Shown: positions 51,640 through 62,840 of the stretch, piece by piece
Layout: every line of letters starts with the position of its first letter
How positions within the stretch are numbered: position 1 is the stretch's first letter
Assembly: GCF_030028105.1 (NCBI RefSeq)
Contig: NC_092379.1
Coordinates: 26,095,821-26,159,820, forward strand
Length of the DNA: 64,000 nt
Source: Mobula birostris
Lineage: Eukaryota
Direction of reading: 5' to 3'
The notes under the pieces: generated by a model
The model's database searches: none
What the model saw: only the letters and a program-made list of their open reading frames with translations
What the model was told of the DNA's origin: nothing
Position numbers and translations under genes: made by a program

Positions 51640-51735
51640 TGTTTATGCGTGCGTGTGTGTGTGTGTGTGTGTCTGTGTGTCTGTGTGTGTTTGTGCATCT
51701 GTGTGCGTGTGTGTTTGTGTGTCTTGGTGTGTGTG
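51640..51735. repeat. (TG)n microsatellite, imperfect
   Basis: Directly visible. Confidence 0.9.
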
Positions 51736-52259
51736 CTCACATTCTGTCATTCCTTCATTCACTATCTGTTGACGTTTTACTGTTAATTTAGCTGATCAGC
51801 ACCCAGGGTAGCGTTTTGTGTGTACCCGCCACGATAGGTTGCCGTCGACGGCGTGGAGATATACGGCGCAATACGACATAGGGTCCCCTAAAATATGTAC
51901 ATGCAATCCTTCAGTCTTTCTACAGCTCAGAGTAAAACCTGCCCAGACATTCTGGAGAACATTGGACGTGTTGCAGCCAAGATGTCGGACATATCTCAGG
52001 ATGCTGAAAGAAATGTACCATGCTCTTTCAAATGTGAATATTACAATGTTTTGTCAGCCCGTTCTCAGCCATTAATTTAGCCGAAACCTGACTGACCCAA
52101 CTTATTGCTGCGGGTATGCTTCTCGCTCCTCCCTGATAAAAGACACCAGTATCTTGGCAACCCATGAAATTCACGGTACAAAGATTGCCAACTTTTACAG
52201 AGTCTCAGTGGGCAGCACAACGAAGTTAATCTATAAGGAGCACAACAATGAATGCCGTG

Positions 52260-52900
52260 CAGGATATCGGTCTTACTCCTTCACTTTCTCTCCATCTCGC
52301 TCAAACTCTCTCGCCCCCTCTCAATTTGTACCTCAATCAATATCCCTGTATATCTTACTGTTTATTTCTACTCCCTTTCTTTCTCTATCACTTTCGTTAT
52401 CTTTCTACCTCCAGGTCTCCGACTTCCTCTAGCCATCAATATCTCCCCATGTTCTATAGTCCCTCTCTGTTTCCTTGATATATGTGTTGTTTTGGTAATT
52501 TTCTCTTTTTTTTTCCAATACAGGTCGTCTCTTTCTCCAACCCCCTTTATCCCTCTCTCTTCCCCCTTACTGTCTGTTATTCTATCAGTGCCTCTCTCCA
52601 GCCATTCTATCTACCTGTCGTTTTCCTCGTTTGTCTCGCTGTTTGACTGCTACGTATCACTCTGTAAATTCTCCTTTTCTATTATTTACCCTTCTCTTAC
52701 TCCCTTGTCTTCTGTACTCATTGTGCCTGTACGTTTGCTTATTGTATTATCACCTCCCATCCTTACACTCATCTCTGTCTCTTTCACTTTGAGCCTGCTA
52801 CTCCGGCAATATTTCCACGTATTATTTTCTCACTATAGACCTTCTCCCACTGAGAGTTTCCGAACGATAGGGCATTAAACTAAATCGTTATCCCTCCAAC
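52260..52900 (+). repeat. Pyrimidine (CT)-rich low-complexity tract
   Basis: About 640 nt dominated by C/T on the plus strand. Confidence 0.8.
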
Positions 52901-54799
52901 ACTCGACATACATGTCTATTCCTGTCTGATTCTGTCTTTGTCGAACCTGAGCGGGCACCCTCCTGTTGGTTCAGCACAGTACTCCAATCACCAACTCCTT
53001 TCGAAAAGCTCGTTGTTGTTGTTTTTTTTTTTTTTTTAATCTATTTGTCCGTCCTGCGCGGGAACGTTCCCGTTGCGTCTGCTTAATAGACCAATTAACT
53101 ACATGAATTGTCCCTAGATTGAATACCGAATTCACTTTCCCGATCACTTGAGGGAGTTCCGCGCTCACCCATGAGATACTGAGTTTATACATGAGAATAT
53201 TCCGATTCATGCGATCAGTTTAATGACGACGAGCTCGCAAGGAGAAATCACAATTTCATCAGCTCCTTTTGCTGATAAATGTTGTGTTGGCACGTTGTTT
53301 CGCAAATTTCCGGCAGGTTTGTTGTTCGGAACAGTGCTTTAAACAAGCGGCAATCTAATCTTTCAGATTTACTTTGCTTTTCCAGATGATATCCATGGGG
53401 ATTGTATCATATCATATACCTTTCGGATCAGGAGTCATTCTACTTCCCCTTATTTCTCACCCACGCACACCGAAGTTCCCGTTAAACTTTGAGTGAGCTT
53501 ATTTCACTAGGTTGATTTTTTTTTTCCTGATTTTCTCCTTTCTCGACACCACATGGTATTAAACGATAAGTCAGTATTTATTCCTCGACAGAGCGTTTGA
53601 ATGTGGTTAGAATTAAGAACACATAAAACTGCTTGCAGAACTGCGATATTCCCGGCCTCATCATTATACTACTTCTCAGTAAACCTACTCATTTCAAACC
53701 GTGTTTGATGAATATACGTTCCTTAAATGTATGAAGGTTGATTACGATAATATCTAGCATTTTGTTCTGTTAGAATGGTGTAGCAAAGACTCAATCGAAA
53801 GTTCAGACATCGAATCTACGACAACACAATGACAAACGCACATTGACACTAGTGAAACTCAGAGAACAAAACACGTATGCCATATATACAAGGTTGGATT
53901 ACAAAGAACGTAAATAAAGATTTCATGAGACAATTGTATGCAACGTTACAGCCACACTGAATTTCAGAGTTACCTGTATACTATAATTTTGAAAATCTGC
54001 GGACACTTGTGATCAAATTGTGGCAGGAAAAATAGGCATCGTTGCCAGGAACTGGATTGTGCCTGAACACATTGATTCACAGTGCTGTTGTCTCGTTTAG
54101 AAAATTTCGATGATATATGACAATTGGGTCTACTTGCTTGCAACGACCAGAGGTGTAGAGTAAACACACGGAAGTATATCAGATGAGGACGAACAAAACG
54201 AAATGTCGTATGAAATACATTTGCAATACTTGCACATCCTTAATGAAAACAGAATAGGGTGTAGTGTTAAGTTGCGAGAAGCAAATTTAAAGGGGAACTG
54301 CAACGTAAATGTTTTTTTTTGAAATCTAAAAAAAAAGAACGTGGTTGATACCTCTAACTCACAGTCAGGGAGGATGATATAAATGGTTAATTTGACAAAG
54401 GACAGAAGGTGTATACAGAACGTAGGAAGATGGAATTGAGATAGAATGACATAAACAGGTTTATCTGTTCATGGTGGGCTGAAGTTGCCCATTTCGTTGA
54501 GGTAGTTTGTTTTCACTCTAAGAATCATGACATTTGCTAAGTTCGTTTTTGTACAATGAAATATTGAAACAATCTGAAGCCGACATAGACTATAGTAAAA
54601 GTTTACAAATTTACATGTGCAATTTATCTCTTCAACATAGACTGCAATGGTTGGCTTTACTCCTAAAGACAGCACGAGCCTCCTAGCTCTGGACTTCATA
54701 ATAAAAAAAAAAAAAAATGAACGCCTTTTTTTTTTGTACGAGATCATATGCAGTACTTTATGATTCTCCCATCTCTGCCTTTCAGTCTTACATGCAGCT

Positions 54800-54945
54800 G
54801 ATTCTTTTGATCTGAGCAAGTAACTTATGTCCGGTCGTGTCCTGTCTGTCAGCTTGCAGATGATTGGCTGTGTTGAGGAACAAAGAAATAGTACAGGATT
54901 GCAAAGATCAAGAAACGGATTTGATGGCGACTTGGAGAAATAAAA
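54800..54945 (+). mobile_element. Small CR1 RT relic
   Basis: gtcagc-ttgcagatga-ttggctgtgttgagg...ggattgcaaagatc...ggagaaat aligns by eye to the CR1 SKFADDTKIGGVV...LQxDLD...WAEKW coding DNA with deletions. Confidence 0.5.
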
Positions 54946-55149
54946 AAAGCTTCGTTACTAATCCACATTGAATAGACGACAGACATGCAGGTTCTATATT
55001 TTTTTTTCTTTTTTGTTGCAGCGCTTCTGATCGGTAATTGTTTAAACATTTTGCCAATCGTCTTCCTCACCAAGCAGTACAGGATACTGTATCCAAAAAA
55101 CTAATAATGGCAATATTATCCCTTTGGCAGAACGTGAGAACTTAATTTG

Positions 55150-56497
55150 CTTGTTCGGGATACGGCTTGCTCACAGTCATCGTTAGCAAAGCCCAGATTT
55201 TGCAATTTTCAAAGTTTATAAAAACATTGACTCCTCAAACCATGTCCCAACAATCAGCAGCCGTGGGCTTCCCCAAGCGGCTGTCTAGCACTCTGACAAT
55301 TAAAATAATTGATGCTCACAAAGCATGGGAAGGCTATAAGATGATAGCAAAGCGGTTTCATGCAGCCGTTTCCTCAGTTTGTAATGTAATTAAGAAATGG
55401 AAGCTAACAGGAACGGTGGAGGTCAAGTTAAGGCCTGGAAGAACAAAAAAAAACTTTCCGAGAGAACCACTCGCAGGATTGCGAGAAAGGCAAATCGAAA
55501 TCCCTGTCTAACTGCAAACGACATTCAGGATGATTTAGCAGACTCTGGAGTGGTGGTACACTGTTGGACTGTGCAGCGACAACTGCACAAATAGGACCTT
55601 CATGGGAGAGTCATCAGAGGAAAACCTTTCCTGCGTCCTCAGCACAAAGTTCAGCATCAGAATTTTGTAAAGAAACATCTAAACAAGCACGATGCATTTT
55701 AGAAACAAGTCCTGTGGACTGATGAAGTAAAAATACAACTTCTTGGCCGCATTGAGCAAAGGCATGCTTGAGAAAAAGGGTGCAGAATTCCATGAAAAAA
55801 TAATCTCCAACTGTTAAGAGCGGGGGTGGATCGATCACGCTTTGGGTTTGTGTTGCCCTCACTGGCACGGGGAACATTTCATTGGTAGAGGTAAGAATAA
55901 ATTCAATTAAGTACCAACAAAATCTGGAAGCAAACATCACACTGTCTGTTAAAAAGCTGATATGAAAAGTGGATGGTTTCTGCAACAGACAATGATCAAA
56001 AACACAGCTCAAAATCCACAAAGGCTACCTCGAGGCGCAAGCTGAAGGTTTTGTCATGGCCTTCACAATCCCCCGACCTAAACATCCTCGAAAATCGGTG
56101 GATAGAGCTCAGAAGAGCAGTGCATGCAAGACGGCCTAAGAATCTCACAGAACCAGAAGTCTTTTGCAAGGAAGAAAGGGCGAATATCCCCCAGACAAGA
56201 ATTCAAAGACTCTTAGCCGGCTACAAAAACCTTTTACAAGCTGTGATACTTGCCAAAGGGGATGATGTATGTACCGACCATGCAGGATGCCCACACCTTT
56301 GCTTAGGACACTTTCCCTTCTTTGTTATTTTGAAACTGTAAAAGATGGAACATTAAGTAATCCTGCTTAAAATATTAAAGAAATATTTCATCTCTAACTT
56401 CATGCCTTTTAGTTATCAGGTAATCTTGTACTGTCTTAGTTATTCACCGTAACAACAATTTTGACTAAGAATTCCCGAACCTTTGCATGCCACTGTA
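55150..56497 (+). mobile_element. Tc1/mariner (Tc1-family) DNA transposon, frameshifted transposase, right TIR present, left TIR not found
   Basis: KIIDAHKAWEGYKMIAKRF...KKWKLTGTVEVKLRPGR paired-like HTH; VLWTDEVK, LQQ-DND-KH and WPSQSPDLNILENRW (DD34E-type triad); right end TTTGCATGCCACTG|TA. Confidence 0.9.
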
Positions 56498-56559
56498 TGT
56501 ATTTTGTTACATCCCTCAAGGAATTCAATCTAGCTTCAACGGCAAAGCCTGGCACTCAC

Positions 56560-56960
56560 AAAGCTTGGCTGACTATCTGTAAGCAGATTATGTCTCTCAA
56601 ATGGTCATGAATTCTGCCCATCATCTTGCCAACCACTGAAGTAATACTCACTGGTCTATAATTTCCCGGGTTATCTCTAATCCCTTCCTTGAATATGAGC
56701 AGAACGTCTGCAATCTTCCAATCCTCTGTACTTACCCCGTCCCTATTGATGATGCTCAGTTCATAGCCAGAGTTTCGACAATCTACCCCATCGTTTCCCA
56801 GAGCAGACAGGGGTATATGTTATCCGTTCCTGGCGAATTTTCTGACTTAGTACATTTCAAAAGCTCCAAAACCTCCTCTTTATTAATATCTATATACTCA
56901 ACGTTTCAGTCAGCTTTAAGTTATCTGCACAATTGCCAATGTCCTTTTCACTGATGAATA
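56560..56960 (-). mobile_element. CR1 ORF2 fragment
   Basis: cactggtctataatttcccggg (PGNYRPV) and adjacent motifs on the minus strand. Confidence 0.65.
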
Positions 56961-57589
56961 ATGAAATAAAGCATTCATTAAATATTTCAGAATCAGAATC
57001 AGGTTTATTATCACTGGCATGTGACGTGAAATTTGTTAACTTAGCATCAGCAGATCAATGCAATACATAATCTAACAGAGAGAGAAAGAGAGAAATAAAT
57101 AATAAATACATAATTAAAACGTAATAATAAAAGAATAAGTAAATCAATTACGTATATTGAATAGATTATTTTAAAAATCTGCAAAAAAGGATACACTGTA
57201 TATTAAAAAATGTGAGGTAGTGTCTAACGGTTCACAGTCCATTTACGAATCGTATGGCAGAGGGAAAGAAGCTGTTCCTGAATCGCTGAGTATGTGCCTT
57301 CTTCCTTCTGTATCTGTTACCTGATGTTAACAGTGACAAAAATGCATGCCCTGGGTGGTGGGGATACTCAATAATGGACGCTGCCTTTCTGAGACACTGC
57401 TCCCGAAAGACGTCGTGTGTATATTGTAGGCTAGTGCCTAAGACGGAACTCATAAGATTTACAACCTTCTGCAGCTTCTTTCAGCCCAGTGCAGTAGCCT
57501 CTCCATACCAGAAAGTGATGCAGCGTGCCAGAATGCTCTCCACGGTACAACTGTAGAAGTTATTTTTTTGTGTGTATTTGTTGACATGC

Positions 57590-57860
57590 CACATCGTTTT
57601 AAAATTCTGGTATAGTATAGCCGCTGTAGCTCTGAGTTGCAGGAAGTATGGGATACAGACAGAGATGGTGAGAATTAAACTACGGGTATTGACGGTGCAG
57701 GAATTCACATTAAAAGGGTTGCTGAGCATGGGTGAGAGAGCACGGGTTAGGATATTCTTTTTAGCTTTCTTACGGGATACAGAGATCTTTTTTTTATATA
57801 GGATAAGACGGGAAAACAGGAAAAGGGCACTAGGATGGCCAAAGATGGGAGGATAAAGTG
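57590..57860 (-). mobile_element. Probable Penelope-like RT relic inserted in the Rex-like element
   Basis: Minus strand gtgctctctcacccatgctcagcaaccctttt...caccatctctgtctgtatccc resembles the post-YxDD region of fish/shark Penelope RT (recalled similarity, not computed). Confidence 0.4.
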
Positions 57861-57869
57861 CAGGTTCGG

Positions 57870-57872
57870 GTA

Positions 57873-57938
<66 letters not shown>

Positions 57939-58061
57939 TGTGTTGTGTGCGTGTGTGTTGAAGTGATTTAGAATGTAAGTCATTTGCACACTCCGGAGCA
58001 GAAGGTGGTTGTTATGCATCATGAAGCTGGGTGCCAACCGCCATAAAACACGACAAAGTGA

Positions 58062-58101
<40 letters not shown>

Positions 58102-58110
58102 GAGTATAGC
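57870..58110. repeat. (TG)n and (AG)n microsatellites
   Basis: Directly visible at ~57870-57960 and ~58065-58105. Confidence 0.9.
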
Positions 58111-58749
58111 TGCTGTCCAGCCTTCTTTATGAATATATCAATATGTTGGTACCAGGATAGATCCTCAGAGATCTTGACACCCAGGAACCTGAAGCTGCTC
58201 ACTGTCTCCACTTCTGGTCCCTCTATTAGGATTGGTATATGTTCCTTCGTCTTACCCTTCCAGTAGTCCACAACCAGCTCTTTCGTCTTACTGACGTTTA
58301 GTGTCAGATTGTCGCTGCGAACCAGTCCACTAGTTCGCATATCTCACTGCTGTTCACGCTCTCGTCATAACCTGACATTCTACCAACAATTGCTGTATCG
58401 TCAGAAACTTTGTCGATGGAATTTGAGCTATGCCTAGCCACACAGTCATGTGTATACTGAGAGTAGAACAGTGGGCTAAGCACACACCCTTGAGGTGCAC
58501 CAGCGTTTATCGTCAGTGAGAAGCATATGTTTTCAACAATTGGCACAGACTCAGGTCTTCCGGTTAGGATGTCGAGGATCCAATTGCAGAGGGATGTGGA
58601 GAGGCCATTGTTCTGCAACTTCTCAATCAGTATTGTGGGAATAATGGTGTTAAATGCTGAGCTATAGTCGATGACAATTATCCTGACGAAGGCGCTACCT
58701 TCTCCGGGTCCATGCAAATGTTACGACTCTCACTCCTGATTGATCCCAT

Positions 58750-59580
58750 TATCACACTGATCATTCTCTTGCTCTGGACGTACTTGTAGAATGTTTTGTG
58801 GTTTTCCATAATTTTGCATGCTACGACCTTTTCATGGTAGCTTCTTGCTTTCTGAAATTCATTCTTGAGCTCCTTCCTGGCACACTTTTACTTTTCTAGA
58901 GACTTAACATTACAAAGTTTCCTGAACCTTTCGTACGCTTCTCTTCTGTTCTTAACTGGATTTTCTACATTATTTGTACACAATGATTAGTGTACAATAC
59001 CATCCATTCCATACTTCACTGGAAAATACCTATGCAGAATACCATTTCAGCCATGCACTTTCCTGAGGACCTCTGCTCCCAACGTCGGTTTACAAGTTCC
59101 TGCCCAATAGCAGCATATGTCCCCCTCTCCCAATTAAAAATTTTGCCAAGTTTTCCGATCCCCTCCCGCTCCATCTCTATTGTAAATGGGATAGATTTGT
59201 GATCACTACCTCCAAAATGCTCTCCCACTGAGATATCTGGCACCTAACAAGGTATAATTATCAATATCAAATCAAGTGATCCTCTGCTCAACCTTCCTGA
59301 ACACACCTAACAAACTCCATCTTATCTAAACCCCTTGGTGGAACGAGATGCCGGTGAATATTAGGGTAGTTAAATTCACCTATCACAATATCCCTACTAT
59401 TCCATAATCTGTCTCCATATCTGCTCTACCATATCTCTATTACTATTGGGTGTCCAGTAAAAATCATCCAATTGAGTTGTTGCCCCCTTCCTGTTTCTGG
59501 CTTCCACCCACAATGACTCTGTAGACAACCTCTTCATGAATTTCTCCTTTTCTGCAGCCGTGGTACTATTCCTGATTAAA
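58750..59580 (-). mobile_element. CR1 ORF2 APE-region fragments
   Basis: DISVGEHFGGSDHKSIPF...FNWERG (59016-59243); GDLTTLIF-like remnant. Confidence 0.75.
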
Positions 59581-59830
59581 ATGCGGCCTGATCCTCTTTT
59601 GCCTCTCTCCCTACCATTTTCTCTCCCTGGTCATTCAAGATTGCGTAATGGCCACCATATCATATTTCCACGTTTTGCTGGTCCTATATTTCAGGCATTG
59701 CCTTTTAAACCATCGCTGCTGGGTCTACAAAAGCTAGTAGGCATTCAAACAATCCGCTTATTGCGGCTAGTAATTGAGTGGATTAATCTACCACTGATGT
59801 TCTCAAACAACAGTGTTTCTGAGTCAACAA

Positions 59831-60126
59831 TGATGATGATGATGACGGTGATGATGGTGATGATGATGATGACGTCGACGCAGGCCTGAGAGGCCAGCAT
59901 CGGACATTTTTCATGCCCTACAAGGTGCAGATCGGAAGGCTCTGTGGAGCACCACTACTCGCAAAGATATTTAGCCGTGTTTTTCTTTATTTTACGAAGT
60001 CGAGTTCTGAGCTCAACACTGAACCCGACAAAGATGGAACGCGTACTCGGAAGAGGCCCGATTTGATTCGAACCGGGAACCTTCGGTCCGGAGTTCGGCG
60101 CTGATGTCACTGCGCCACCAGTCGAC
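59831..60126 (-). mobile_element. tRNA-derived SINE with (CAT)n tail and candidate 6-bp TSD
   Basis: Minus strand GTCGACTGGTGGCGCAGTGA (A box)...CCCGGTTCGAATC (B box); tail gtcatcatcatc...; flanked by CAACAA at 59825-59830 and 60127-60132. Confidence 0.85.
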
Positions 60127-60139
60127 CAACAAGTCACTC

Positions 60140-61200
60140 TCAAATCCCTCCTTTTCTATAGTATATAACTAGAAAGGTTTAGAGTTATCTGATATGCCAG
60201 AGGCTGCTGCAGGGAGGACTCTGTTCTTCTCATGGTCTTCATGATTTCTAGCCATGTATTTGGTGTCAACGTGCACCACGTACGGTTTGTCCCACGTTGA
60301 AAAAAGCCAAAAGCCTAGTTTCAGTATAATGAAAAACACGACTTTTTTTTTTTTTTTTTGGCAGCATCTGCAGCTGGGTATATTGACATTCTTCACAGTG
60401 ATTTAGGGTGATGGAAATCAAGACTTCAAAAGGTAGTGATGTCAAGATTCCAACATGTGCAACGGTCCACTGAGGGTAAGAATATGTGTGGCTGATCCGT
60501 GGCTGATAATTCGAGTTGTGGTCAGTATTTCAGGATTTTGGATCATTCGACCTCTTTTGACGAACAAAAACGATTGTTGAACTTTCTGAAGGTTTTTTTT
60601 TTTAATTTTTGTCCTGAAAATTAAATAATGCAGAGTAGGCAAACATGTGGAGGAAAAGCATTGCAATCGGTGCTGCATAAAGATTCAGAAAGGAGGGATA
60701 TCATGAAGGAATTGCCCAATGTCCAAGTGTCTGGGGAATTCAGAAACAGAAAGGAACTAATCGGAGTATGTTCTGGAAACACATCCGCAACAGCAACAGA
60801 GGATCAGAATTGCAGATCTGATTGCAGATTTAAGAAACATGTAAGATTGTAGGATTGTTATCATTGATGACTTACATACCCTAGTATTTATTGTGAGCTC
60901 CTTCATGCAAAAGGCCAGTTTATCCGAGACGAATTAGAAGCGTTAAAACTAAGCAGAGCGGCTAGAAGAATGGTCATACTGAATCTGCTTTTAGGCAACG
61001 GCCGTGAACATTTGACAGATATTTCTGTGCGCAAGCATTTTAGTGCCACTGACCACAACTCACTGACATGTGCCATAGCTTTGGACAGCGGCAGGACCAG
61101 ATAAATGAGAACATTGCAGGCTGTGAATTCTGATACTATTATTAATCTATTTATGATCAAAGTTACGACGGGAAAAGCACAATTCAAGAGAGGAGATATT
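60140..61200. mobile_element. Old CR1 fragments (minus-strand ORF1 piece ~60180-60300; plus-strand APE pieces ~60620-61200)
   Basis: YVVHVDTKYMARNHED (esterase-like); ctgaatctgcttttaggcaac...cattttagtgccactgaccacaactc (LDLxLGN...HFGxSDHNS). Confidence 0.6.
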
Positions 61201-61879
61201 TTAATGATGAACTGGATTTTTTATTTTTTTTTTGCTTCTGATTATTTTGTCCCAATGAGGCAGAGAAAGAGGGCAAGGGGTTGGGTCATGGTTGACAACA
61301 GACATGCAATATTTATTGAAGAACAAGAAGGAAACATGATTATGTTATCGGAAACAACAATCACGTAGGGCTTGTGTTAGTTATGAGGTAGCAATAAAGG
61401 AGCGATTAAGTATTCACATCGGATACCTAAAAGAAGTTAAGAGAAAAAAAAAACTTGGCTCATAGGATTCCGGAAAAAAAGGCATAAGGAGAATCGCGGC
61501 CATGTGTATTGCAAGACAATGGCGATAGTAAGAGTATGATATATCTTGAATAAGACGTGAAACATGCAACTGGATTTGGAAGTAGTAGTGGAGTTCTTTA
61601 ATGAGTAACTCCCTTCGGTTTGTATTCCTCAATGTGACTTCGATGAATATGAGGGCACATTCATAACTGAAAACTGCTGGACACAGTAACGTTAAGAAGG
61701 TGAATGTGCTGGAATATTTTGGCCATAGGAGTCATAGCAACAGATTGGAGTACGTTATATATTACCGCGTTTTTTCAAGAAATATAATACTTTTGGGTTG
61801 TGCGTGTACGAAAAAACGTTGTGCGTCATTTGTGCTTGGTTATTTTTTTCCTTATTATTTACAGCATGGAAGTGAAATA

Positions 61880-62840
61880 GTGTCTAACAGACCAACCATT
61901 CTTGGAGCGACCATCGTAGGACTGCGGCTACAGCCAGAGCCGGAACCTATTGGCTTTGACTCAAAACGATTTCTGTTCAAAACTTTGAAGTCGAAGTAAC
62001 AGGTAAGAAGCATATTTTTCCACTTTCGTTATTACAGATTTAGTCTTGCTTGCCAATTGTTCAGTGCAGGTAGGATGGCAGGTATGGCTGTGTAATATTC
62101 CCCCCAGTAGGATGTGGGCATTCGTGGAACCTGATGGCTCCTTGAAGACCGCATTCAGTAGCTGGAGCTGGAGTTGTGTGAGCTAAAGGATTATCAGAGA
62201 GGAATAGCTATTTATAGCTAAGAGTTTTGAGCAGGTGGTTATATTCAGAGTGCCGAATTCATGGAACTGATATGTAAACGCCGATAGAGGTATAGGGTGA
62301 AATAAGTTATGGTGAGTTCCCCAGGGACCATTCCTTTCAGCAACACATACACCACTTGAATACTGTTGCGGGGACTGTTGCCCTACTTGTGCGAGGCAGA
62401 AGCAGCTAGACTAACGGCACTGTGGTCTGATCTGAGCCCCGGAAGAGTTCTGACTGTTAGGGGGACCCTTAAGAGTTTCTGCGGCAGAAAACGTGACGGT
62501 AGGGTGGTGGTTTGCCTTCTAGGTGCTAAGGTCCAGTCTATCTCTGAGCGGTTGCAAAATATTATTGAAGTGGAGGTTTGCAGCCAGAGTTCGCACTGCA
62601 CATCATAGGCAGGAGTGGAGTAGAGGTGCTCCGCAATAGGCTTAGAGATGTAGGAATGAGGCTCAAAAGCAGGACCAAGTTGGTAATCTCCGTGTTACAT
62701 CCGTTGCAACAAGCTGAGGGATGTCAGAACAGAAAGTTAGCGCAGACGAATGAATAGTTACGGAAATAGTGCAGCGGGCAATGTTTCAACTTTGTGGCCA
62801 AATGGAATGTCTTGTGAGGAAGCAGTCACCTCTATAAGTG
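61880..62840 (+). mobile_element. Old CR1 5' region and ORF1 esterase
   Basis: ctttgactcaa..gtaag 5'-UTR signature; tgtaggatgtggg; VLTVRGTLKSFCGRKRDGRVVVCLLGAKV. Confidence 0.7.

Larger units (their letters stand above)
56987..58740 (-). mobile_element. 5'-truncated Rex-like LINE of another subfamily, (TTCTGA)n tail, interrupted at ~57560-58130
   Basis: [12 protein letters not shown]...[18 protein letters not shown] (58304-58717); LNVSKTKELVVDY; HPGHAFLSLLTSGNRYR; tail tcagaatcagaatc. Confidence 0.85.

Noticed and set aside
51900-52250. SFKCEYY...PNLLLR V-like fragments on the plus strand
   Set aside because: No WYxQ, no YYC, no RSS; similarity is at chance level.
52252-52878. 208-aa hydrophobic ORF resembling a membrane protein
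   Set aside because: Artefact of the CT-rich low-complexity tract.
53279-53460. Leader-like MLCWHVVSQISG + GTTTGT donor + 69-nt intron + DIHGDCI
   Set aside because: Leader phase is wrong (38 nt), there is no Cys/Trp/YYC downstream and no RSS.
54040-54110. CACAGTG heptamer on the plus strand near 54076
   Set aside because: No nonamer and no flanking V/D/J-like sequence; other isolated heptamers lie inside CR1/RTE copies.
54740-55030. Apparent degenerate V domain on the plus strand (SLTC..FDLS..M; RFDGD..; LLIH..D..YF)
   Set aside because: The core DNA aligns better to the CR1 RT segment SKFADDTKIGGVV...LQxDLD...WAEKW; no RSS, and several frameshifts are needed.
61865-62005. Exon-like segment with TTTACAG acceptor and GTAAGA donor
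   Set aside because: Matches the CR1 5' UTR signature that precedes ORF1 at 62050-62840.
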